A DNA stretch of 64,000 bases from Geosiphon pyriformis uo1 (lineage: Eukaryota > Fungi > Glomeromycota), in assembly GCA_016748015.1 (NCBI GenBank), contig JAAOMT010000504.1, positions 44,781 through 108,780 of the forward strand. Direction: 5' to 3'. The notes beneath the pieces are model-generated. The model ran no database searches, was not told where the DNA came from, and saw only the letters and a program-made list of their open reading frames with translations. Every line of letters starts with the position of its first letter. Within the stretch, counting starts at the first letter, position 1. Shown here piece after piece: positions 1-10,670 of the stretch. Position numbers and translations under genes: made by a program.

Positions 1-411
1 GGAACTCATAAAGTATAAAGGTTATCAGGTTAAGGGGTTTCACAATTTTTCCGACCATATTTTCTAAACCTAGTCTTTTATATAACATTCTTCTTAATTT
101 TGGTCGATTATTAGGTTGTCCCAGCAGAAATCGAAGGAATACTTTTAACTCATCCAAATTACGTTGCCGATGCCGCAGTAATCGGAATTTGGTCCGAGGA
201 AGAATCCACCGAGATTCCTCTTGCCTACATCGTAACACCTCAAGGCGTGGCACAAACCGAAGAGTTGAAACAGAAAATCATTCGTTTTCTCGATGATCAG
301 GTAGCACCATACAAAAAATTACGTGGGGGAATTATCTTTGTTGACACAATTCCCAAGAGTGCAGCAGGGAAGATTTTGAGGCGTATATTGAGAGAACGTA
401 CAAAAGATTGA
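1..411 (+). CDS. 3' end (last two exons) of 4-coumarate-CoA-ligase-like acyl-CoA synthetase, copy 1; gene starts upstream of window
   Basis: Near-identical to 10220-10654. Translates ELIKYKGYQ|[14 protein letters not shown]...[32 protein letters not shown] (TGA 409-411), with a GT-AG intron at about 29-114. Confidence 0.85.
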
Positions 412-724
412 TTATAACTTAAATTCCAAATTGTGAATATTTTATGTGGAAATCTTGAATATTTATCTAGTCCATATTAAATAAATTGATAATCAATGTG
501 ATCTTGTATGACTATTTTGAATTCGCAATTATAATTTTAGTTCATCTCTAAAAAAGGTTAAATTTGGTATTTCATAAAGGTTTGGTCATAAGATTCAGGT
601 TATAAACTTGTGAAATGTCGGGTCGATAGGGACCTGCAGCATACCCAATGATCGACCAAATTACATGTATTTAAATATCCCTAACTCAAATTTCGTTGAA
701 CAAGACTGAAACCTCTTGACCACG

Positions 725-3209
725 ATGACAATCTCAAATGTGGCAACTGATATTTTAATCTACCTCACCATGTTCGCATTTATGGGTGTAGGATTATATG
801 CTGGTTTAAAGCAAACAAAAAACAAGGATGATTTCTTATCAGCTTTAGGTACTCAATTAGCCCTTCCGCTTGCTATTAATTGGGTTGCTTCAAGTAAGTA
901 GAAAATGAGAGGCTGAATGACGATGTGACGATGGACAAACGAGATGGGGATTATTTAACGGATAGATTGTAGATGGTGGTATGTATTACTTGATGGATCA
1001 GGTAAGGTCGCTTTTGTTCCTGATTGTGCCTGAAAGAAATACTCATAATTGAATAAAAAAATTGTTTGCGTGTGTTGTGGATGGATATAAAACTTTGAGT
1101 GCAAGTTGAAATTTTTTTTTAGCTAAAAAGATGTTCATTGAAAACTAAATTGCTTTCGAGATCTCAATTTTAATTAAACAGGAGTAATTTACCTGTTTAA
1201 AAATCGTTATTTTTCTAATTTTCAAAGACGCTGCTTTTTTTTCACCTATTCTCTCTTAATCTCCTTCCATCCACCTGTTCACTATATACACACATACGCA
1301 ATTTTTTTCTTCAAAATTTTATTTGGCACTGCGGGTGCCCAGCTTCATTGACGTGAATTCTTATGAATTTCGCACCAATTTAGTATGGGCTGAGAAAGCA
1401 CCGTTATTCACCTGATCAGGGTAATACCTGCGTAGGGAAGATGCCATTTTTTGGTTCAATTTTTTTTTAATATGTCAAAACCTGCACAAAAATTCTAGCA
1501 AGATCTTTAAAGTAGATCTTTATGTCTAATCTATATTATCCTAATCTTTATTTACAGATCTCGGCTCCTCAGTCTTTTTTGCTTACCCAGAATTAGCTAC
1601 AATCGCAGGCCTTCTTGGAGTTGTTATTTATGCCTTGACCAGTGTCATTCCTTTATTCCTTTTCGCATGGCTCGGCCCGATTATGCGTCGAAAATGCCCG
1701 CGAGGGTTCACATTGACCCAATTTATACGAGAACGATTTGGACGCGTTAACCAGATTTATGTATCGTTGATGTCAATGGCTTATATGTTTTGTTATATGA
1801 TTAGTGAATTGTCGTCTATTGGTTTGGTATTAATGACACTGACCAATGTGGATAAATTGGCACCGATTGTCGTATTGGTTGTTACTACAACCCTTTATAC
1901 TGGTATAAAATTTCTCGTTATCATTGTTTGTATTTTTACTTGAAATTTTAGTCACGTGTTTAATTTATCACTTGATGATTCTAGCATATGGCGGTTTCCG
2001 AGCCTCACTTCTCACGGATAGTGTACAAGGCGTCTGCATATTGATATTGATAATCATTGTGACCATTGCATTTGGCACCAATGTCGATATCGATCGTTCA
2101 TACATTAAAGAATCTGGACTTTTAAATTCTTCGAAACTTGGATGGGAATTACTTTACATTTTAGCTGTTGCAATTAGCTTTGCTAATTTCTTTCATCAGG
2201 TATTTAATTATCTTTAAATTTTGACTCCGAATTGAGTACAAATATTAATCATTTAAAAAATTATCATGTGATATTGTCGAAAAGGGCTACTGGCAACGAG
2301 CATTCTCCTCAAAATCCGATCATGAACTCCGTATCTCCGCACTATACGGTGGCTTGATACTTTTCTTTGTTCTTTTCCTAATCGGATTCACAGGTCTTCT
2401 CGCAGTTTGGGCTAAGTTATGTTGTTATAACGAGGGGGATGGTTCTAGTTCGTTCTTTCTATTGCTTTCAGTGTTACCGGATTGGGCCATCGGTATTGTT
2501 ATAGTGCTTTCGGTTGCACTGGCTTCTTCGGCCTATGATACACTTCAGAGTGCGATGGTCTCCACGATATCAAATGATTTGTTTGAGAATCGGCTACCGT
2601 TGATCTGGATTCGAGGTTTGACTGTTCTGTTTAACGTCCCTGCAGGTAATTTTAATTTTTTCATGCTCTTCAATCAAAAATTTGATCCAATAATTAAATA
2701 GACAAATCCAATACGTCAATCACTCTTTAGTAATTCTGGGCCTTCGCAATCTCGATGTCCTACGGGTTTTCCTAATTGGTGACCTTGTTGCTGCAGCAAC
2801 AATGCCTCCAGTTCTGCTCGGTTTAGTTGACTCACTTTGCTTCATAAAAGGGGTTGATGTTTTGGTAGGAAGCATCGGTGGTCTCGTCTCAATCTTTATT
2901 TTTGGTACGATATACTTTGGTAACGCGTATGATGGAATTAACTTGATTCAACTCCCCGGTGGACTTTATGTTGATGATTATTCAGTGTTGGGGGCCTTTA
3001 TTGTGGCCCCTTTTGGTGGATTGGGAATTACCTTTCTGTCTGTAGTGTTGAGAGCTGGTATCATGTGGATTTGGGGTCGGATTACTGGTCGGAAATTTGA
3101 ATTTTCGAAGAAACCAGATGTGATTGATACTCATCGTTATGGGGGTGATGAATTTTTGGAAGGAAATAAACAAGTGAATCATATAGTGAAAGATGTTGGT
3201 GATGTCTAA
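725..3209 (+). CDS. Sodium:solute symporter of the DUR3/DUR31 (NCU01977-like) group, probable thiamine or thiamine-precursor transporter, about 522 aa
   Basis: Exons 725-893, 1558-1902, 1985-2199, 2285-2645 and 2731-3209 join in frame (1569 nt) through GT-AG introns. Multi-TM protein with SSS-type motifs NLGSSVFFAYPE, FTLTQFIRERFG, YGGFRASLLTD, HQGYWQRAF, SSAYDTLQSA. Confidence 0.9.
894..1007 (+). promoter_or_regulatory. Cluster of alternative 5' splice sites and anti-aptamer segments (riboswitch expression platform)
   Basis: Donors A|GTAAGT (894), G|GTATGT (979), CAG|GTAAGG (1002); in-frame TAG at 899-901. 911-926 is complementary to aptamer 1398-1413, and 996-1003 to aptamer 1410-1417. Confidence 0.6.
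1324..1446 (+). ncRNA. TPP (thiamine pyrophosphate) riboswitch aptamer in intron 1 of the symporter
   Basis: GCGGGUGCCC...GGGCUGAGAAAGCACCGU-UAUUC-ACCUGAUCAGGGUAAUACCUGCGUAGGGAA matches the THI-box consensus. P1 UGGCA 1324-1328 / UGCCA 1442-1446; P3 GCCCA/UGGGC; J3/2 UGAGA 1391-1395; P5 CAGG/CCUG with GUAAUA loop. Confidence 0.95.
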
Positions 3210-3738
3210 AAGCAATCATCAATTTGAAAGTTTTTTCTAAGCGATTTTTTCATTGTACCATTGATTATGTTACTTTCTAATTGTCTCTTATGTAATAAAA
3301 TAGTCATCCCGAATATTTTTATTTTTTAATCAAACATAATAAAGATTAAAGTTTTCTTTTGTCAATTTTTTTAAGTATGATTAGAATTGGGAACTTGAAT
3401 TAAAATTTTCAATCAAAGACTATTACAAAAATTCTGAAATATTTTTAGGACACTAAAGATTACATTTCGTATTTTTTCAAGTGGAAATTTTCAATGCTTA
3501 TTAAATAGTAATTTAAGATTTGAACTGAAAAATGTACATGTTCAAAAATACCTGTTCCTTTTTTTATTCTTAATTCAATCGATAAAAATTTTTTTTTAAT
3601 AATTTAACTTCTATTTATACAGAGAAATTAAAAGTATACATTAGAAAGAAAAGAGAGGTAGAAATAAATAAATTCTAATTGCTCAAATCTATAAAATTTG
3701 TTTAATGGAAAATGTAAATTGTATAAACTTGATATTTT

Positions 3739-5740
3739 TCAAAAATTGTTCTGGCTTGAATTTTTCTCGAAACGTGAAGTAATAATGAGTTGAAATTTAG
3801 CATGATAAAGAAAAAACCAGCAAATTGGACCAGTCACCATAACTATCACACTTTTCATGAATGGAATATAGTCAAAACTAAGGGTCAATTCCCCATTATC
3901 TGATGATGAGGATTGAAGCAAACTTTGTGACTTTTTCAACAAATGATCGTCATGACTGGCGGGAAAGGAGGCAATAGCAATAAAAAGGAAATCCTATGGG
4001 TACTTTGAATGGTCGATCAATGTTTTTGAATTTTCGCAATGAATGTAATAAAAAAATAAGATTATTAATTTTAATCGTAAAAACAATAATTGAAAATAAA
4101 CATTGAATATTGAGAGCGTGAAACCAAAAAGGTGAATGGGTCGGAGTACTACGAGAATATAATAATTTGAAGAACACCAAGCAGCTTGGACGATCTAAAA
4201 TAAAATTTAAAATCGAAATTGAACAAAGACTTAAGCAAAGAAACAAATTTAAATTTAAGAATATTATTTTTTACCAATGGAGTATCTGTAGTTTCGTTCC
4301 ATTGTCTTAGCCATGGAGAAATTATTGGTATACAATCTCAATTGGTTACAGCGACAATAACTCTTGATCCACTCCATTCCATCACTGCTAAAGCTCTCAG
4401 AGATGAGCAACTTATGAAAAACGTTAATGTTCAGGCTGCTTTAATGCCGTTAACTTGCATGTCGAACTGGGCACCAATTATTTCATTTCGTCCAAATGCA
4501 GCCTCGTCGTAAGGGGACAGAATATCTTTGAGAATTTTAGAAATTTTTATTTGAAAACTGATTAGAGAAGTGAATAATTATAAGAAAGAAAGAAATATCC
4601 TTAGACAAAATTCTAATAATTCCAAAACTGAGACTGTTGGAGATAAAGAGTTTCCCCATTTGGAAAAAACTATCTTTTTTAAATGGAAAAAGAAATTGAA
4701 AATACGCCATATTTGAATCGCAAACAAACGGATTATTCCATCCAGCATATGCAAAAAGGAAAGGGAATTATCGAGGCTACAATAGAATTAACATTCATTC
4801 TTGCTCCCATGAAAAAACTTTGAGCATTGATAAATTCTTTTATCTTTAAAAGTCCTATGATAGCTAGAACAATAAAAGTTACAACTGTTAAAATCTATTT
4901 GCTTAGGTTACTTAAAATAATATGATAAATTGTAGTGCCAATGATTATAGCCAAAGATATCAAACGTAATCGCCTGTTGGGGAATCTTGATTTTAAATAA
5001 AAGGAATTTTTTAATATTAGCAAATAGATTCAAAATTCTTTTTTAACAAAAATCGTAATCATTGAAATTCATTTTTGGCTGAGTATTTTGACGCGCGCCA
5101 CATTCTTCATGAGCTGTGAAGGTATAAATCAAATACTGTGCACAAATGTTGGCATCAGCAGTAATGGAACCCGGGCGTATTACTCTAAAATACAAAAGAT
5201 TGACAATTTACATGGTTGCTAATTCAATTTCCCAAACGACCAAGAAAAAGCCGGTGAAAAGTTTACACAATCATAGTAAAACTGAAAACATAACTCAGCA
5301 GGGCTCGTGGACGAGGGAATGCTCTTTTTAATATATACGAACTCACCAACCCCTGCCGAAATCGAATTTCCGAACTGAAGAAGGAAAAAGTATCATACTT
5401 AGAATCAGTATACAAATATCTTGTGAAATAGACCAAAAAATTGCAAGAACAACACAATAATGACGACAAACCTCAAAACATGATAAATGCCATTCCTTGT
5501 GATCCAGCTTTATTTATTGAGAAAAAAGGTTAATGATAATTTGGTAATCTCAAATGCAGAAACAGAGAATATATTACCTTCACGGAGTAACAATCCTGGA
5601 CTTGAAAATATTCCGGCACCGATCATGTTGTTAATGTTATTGCCCATCCCATTTATCGTTGTTAAAAATCGTGTTCTACCTGATAGGCTGAAACTCGATC
5701 CACTACCATTATTTGAGGGAAGATGACTTAAAGCTGACAT
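3739..5740 (-). pseudogene. Degenerate LAT/APC amino-acid permease (MUP1/methionine-permease-like)
   Basis: Motifs NNMIGAGIFSSPG, GEFVY/LKRAFPRPRALLSYVF, FAYAGWNN, WSGSRVIVA, DRPFKVP. In-frame TGA in exon 2 (MAFIMF*), a frameshift near 5330, further stops, and an apparent deletion after YAGWNN. Confidence 0.7.
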
Positions 5741-6452
5741 AGTTTAGTTTGTTGGATAATGAAATAATTTTATCCTTTCGGAGAAAATGTATTTCTGATA
5801 AAATCTATAGAAATTTTTAAGAAAAAAAGAGCGATTCTGGAAGAAAATTGACCTTTCAATTCTTAAAGATATCAAATAAGAAACCCAATGAATATCATGT
5901 GCTTAAAAAGATTTTGTTCACCTGTCAAGCATTTTCTCCTAGGATTTTTTCCTATATTGGATAAAAATAGGTACAGAACATTTTTAATATTACTAAATTA
6001 GTGTCGGGTGATTTAACTTTTTTCAATGCACAGATGGAAAAAAGGATTTGGATAATTCTTGCATAGATATAATTGGTTAAATGAATCAACATAATTTACA
6101 AAAATAAAGGAAATAAAATAATAAAAAATAAAAAATAAAGCAATTTTTTTCATAAAACCAGATTATTTATTTGTGGCCGAAAAAACCCAAATCAGAAGAA
6201 TATGAGGGTGCCATTGTTATTTTTAAAAATTACAATGAAATTTTAGCTAAACCTGTTATTCCTAAAATGATTCAAGAAAAAAGGCTAATTTTGGTGAAAT
6301 TTGTAATAATTTCAATTAAAAAAATATCACATTATTAAAAAATTTTACTAAGTTAATCCCATTGAACTGGATATCAGTGAATCGGTAAATTAATAAAGTT
6401 TTTGCAGATAAAAAAGTTCAATCTTTGATTAAACATTTGTGTCGACCAAAAG

Positions 6453-6455
<3 letters not shown>

Positions 6456-6494
<39 letters not shown>
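6456..6494. repeat. (AAT)n microsatellite, about 13 units
   Basis: Uninterrupted aataataat run. Confidence 0.9.
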
Positions 6495-6495
<1 letters not shown>

Positions 6496-7997
6496 TAAAA
6501 ATAATCTTTAAAATACATGTGTTTCTTATATTTTTTTAAACCAATAATAAATTGTTTTATTTTTAATATTAAGGCTTTGCATAATTAAACTTGATAGTTT
6601 CAGAAATTAAGAATTTTAGATAATAGAACTACCAAAGATTTTGTTTAATTTCTTACATAATTAACAGGTTTACATGTTTTTATTATTTGTATTAAAGAAG
6701 TCGGTTTCATTTGAATTTTCAACAAATAAACGCGATTAAATGTTTAATAAATGTTTTTTTGAATGAAATTTTTAAGTATTATACTATAATCCATTTTTTC
6801 TCATTACCTAAATCTCGGCCTTTTTGAGATGTTAGATTTAATTAAGGGCTACATTTATTCATCAAGAATTAAATATATAAAATTTTTTATAATATAAAAG
6901 CTCTGCTCTTCGGACTTATTAAAAACATATTTAATTTTACCACCGCCATTTCAATTTCGGGTCTTCTTTGCTTCTTAAAGCTATCCTCAACCTAAATTTC
7001 TTATTTAATATTATTATTCAATTTTTTAGTATGGCAATATTTACAACTTTTATAAATATCGTAAGATTTATAACATTAGTGGAAGAAACTGCATAAAAAT
7101 TCGTAAAAACTATAAATGCTGACTTTTTGAAAGCCTTTGACATGATATCTTTTCAATTTAAATAAGAATTTAAAAAATCTGTATACTGTATAATATTTGT
7201 TGAATTTCTTATCACAATACTCCAAAAATAATTCTCTATGAAGAACTAATAGGTTTTGGTAATTCATTAATGAAACAAACCAACAGAGATCTGACAAAGA
7301 AAATTACATCATTTTTCCCAAAAATCCATGAAAAGATGCCAAATAAAAATATCAATTAAAACATATATTGGGCTTTTTGAGGGTTTATATTATTAGCTTC
7401 TTTAATAAAATTTTCATCTTTTAAGTAATATGATTATTATTATTAACTATATTTCTTACTCACTCGGTCAAAGAACCCAAAACCATTTATAAAAATTCAA
7501 AAAATTTTAACATTTGCAAGTGCATTCTTTATTCTTGGGTGAGATGAAAAAGATTATTTAATTAAGCTTTATTTCATTTACTAACAAATTGTAAGTTTTA
7601 ATAATATTAATAAATAACCTAAATTTGATTATGTTTAATAGTAACAAATCAATCCAAAAATCTTTGGAATATTACATAACTACAGTGGCAATCTCAATTA
7701 GAACTAATCATTATCTAACAAACTTCTAATTGGTCATTATTATACAATCGTCATGTGCATGCATTTATAGAGAGCATTCTAGAACTTGGTAACCAGCATA
7801 AAACAGCAAATTAGGTTAGCGGAACCAGGCAATTATAGAGTGTGCACTTATGGAGGTATCACTGTATCTCCAAAATATTATGTTTGTACCATGTTTCATT
7901 ATCAAATATACCCAACAGTATATAAAATAGTTGCCCAACCACTTTTAATTTTAAACTTCCCAAGTCAAAACTCGAAAATTTCAGAAACTTCAATAAT

Positions 7998-10654
7998 ATG
8001 GTTATCTTTCGTTCTCTTATTCCAGATATCGAAATTCCCAAGATTGGGATTTATCAATATGTCACAAGTAATCGAAGAGGAATATCAGATGATAAACCTG
8101 TTTTCATTGATGGCCTATCATCCAGAAAAGTTACCTTTGGCGAATTGAAACGAGATACAAAGAGGTACTGGTTTTATCAAGATGTTGATTACTTTCCCAA
8201 AAACATCTTGGGAACTATTCAATCAAATAATTCTAATCAACCTAGTTTTATGATGATGATGATGATAGATTTGCAGCGGGATTACAAGAAAAGTTAAATT
8301 TTAAACGTGGTGACGTGTTTCTTATATTTTCTCCGAATCAGGTATTTTCAAGCGATCACTCGGTTTCAAAAAACTTTTTGTAGTAGATTTANNNNNNNNN
8401 NNNNNNNNNNNNNNNNNNNNNNNNNNNNNNNNNNNNNNNNNNNNNNNNNNNNNNNNNNNNNNNNNNNNNNNNNNNNNNNNNNNNNNNNNNNNNNNNNNNN
8501 NNNNAATATTTTGATTTTACATAATTCAATCAAACCTTTTCTTGAATTTATAAATCAATCCCCTTTCTAGGCGGCATTGTATCACCAGCAAATCCATTAT
8601 ATACCTTGAAGGAACTTACATTTCAGTTGAATGACTCCCGGGCTTCATTTCTAATAGTAGATCCTTCTCTCCTCAATCTTGCCATAAAAGCTGCTGAGGC
8701 CGCCAATATTCCAAAATCCCGGATAATTGTATTCGGAGATAAGGAAGTGAACGGTTATAAACCACATATCAACCTACTTGGTACGAATGAGGCAGAACCA
8801 GTGAAATTTAAACCGGAAGAGTTGGATACCACAGCATATCTTTGCTACAGTTCAGGAACGACAGGAATCCCAAAAGGTATAGAAACCACACACAGAAATA
8901 TTGTAGCCAATGTCGAACAGAAACTTGCTTTTGAAGGTGATAATGATGACTCGGGGACCGTGTACATAGGAGTAATGGTAAGAGTTATGCTATCCATCGA
9001 CCCCATTTACATTCCTTTCTCTAAAATTCCAAAAATCATGATTTCTAGCCATTATTCCACATTTTTGGCTTGAGCATTTCGCTTCATTATACATTAACCC
9101 TGGTGAGTTGATTTATGAATTGAATGCTATTTGATAAAAATACCTTTATTTCCGGTTTACAATCTATAACTGTTTTAATAAAATCTAGGGAGCTACTCTA
9201 GTGGTACTTCCAAGATTCGATCCTGTATTATTCTGCAAATCCATTCAAGATTACAAAATTACCATTGCACATATCGCACCTTCAATGGCTGTTTTTTTGG
9301 TGAAAGACCCAACTCCTAAAAAATATGATCTGTCCAGTTTAAAATCGTTAGGGTGTGGTGGCGCTCCATTAAGTAAGATATATTTTCATATCTCGACTTT
9401 CAGTTTCGTTCTTTGTTATATTTTATTCTCATTAGGGGCTGGATTGGCGGATGAATTTTCTAAGCTTTATGGTTTGCCAATTAAGCAAGGCTATGGTGAG
9501 AAATATAGGGATTAGTTTTCGTTTCAAATTTTTATTTTATTTTAAAATTTAAATCTTTTCATAATCAGGCCTTACGGAAGCATCCTCTTTGACTCATATT
9601 GTACCTAGGAACAAGATTGTGCAAGGTAATTCTCTTTGGAATCAATTTGTTTCCAAAATCTTAAGGCAAAGAATTTAGTTTTCTCTTTTTAATTATAGGG
9701 TCGATTGGTCAATTATTACCAAATATCGAAGCAAAAATAGTGTCTGAAGAAGGCAAAGGTATCCGAGTATTTTATATATTGTCAAAAATTTACTCTTATC
9801 TTACTATCGATCAAGATTTTATCTAAAATGAATGCATTTAATTTCTCAGAACTCGGTTATAACAAGCCAGGGGAACTATGGATTCGAGGTCCAAATGTCA
9901 TGAAAGGATATCTCAACAATAAAGCAGCTACTGAAAATTCAATTGACAAAGACGGTTTCTTCCATACGGGTGATGTGGCTATTATTGTAATTTATTTCAT
10001 TCCATTTTCATTGTTTTCGTTGGGTTGGGATTTTGCAATATTTTCACAATGATCTCATTTATTTTTCCGTTCATTACACCCCAAAGGATAAGGACGGCAA
10101 GTTAACCAAAATTTTTGGCTCGAAATGAATTTACCTTCTCAGTGAAAGATTAAAAAACTAAATCTTTGCTGTTTAATCTTCAATCCAATAGGTTTTTTTT
10201 ACATTGTAGATCGCCTGAAGGAACTCATAAAGTATAAAGGTTATCAGGTTAAGGGGTTTCACAATTTTTCCGACCATATTTTCTAAACCTAGTCTTTTAT
10301 ATAACATTCTTCTTATTTTTGGTCGATTATTAGGTTGCCCCAGCTGAAATCGAAGGAATACTTTTAACTCATCCAAATTACGTTGCCGATGCTGCAGTAA
10401 TCGGAATTTGGTCCGAGGAAGAATCCACCGAGATTCCTCTTGCCTACATCGTAACACCTCAAGGCGTGGCACAAACCGAAGAGTTGAAACAGAAAATCAT
10501 TCGTTTTCTCGATGATCAGGTAGCACCATACAAAAAATTACGTGGGGGAATTATCTTTGTTGACACAATTCCCAAGAGTGCAGCAGGGAAGATTTTGAGG
10601 CGTATGTTGAGAGAACGTGCAAAAATTGATTATAAACCAAAATCCAAATTGTGA
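7998..10654 (+). CDS. 4-coumarate-CoA-ligase-like / ANL-family acyl-CoA synthetase, copy 2, peroxisomal (C-terminal SKL); multi-exon, one exon probably in the N gap
   Basis: AMP-binding motif [70 protein letters not shown]; ends KPKSKL*. Confidence 0.9.
8392..8504. other. Assembly gap (N run) inside the 4CL-like gene
   Basis: Run of n. Confidence 1.
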
Positions 10655-10670
10655 ATATTTTTATGTTAAC

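Noticed and set aside
7998-10654. Calling the gene a luciferase or a true plant-type 4CL
   Set aside because: The ANL motifs are shared across the family, and substrate cannot be read from sequence.
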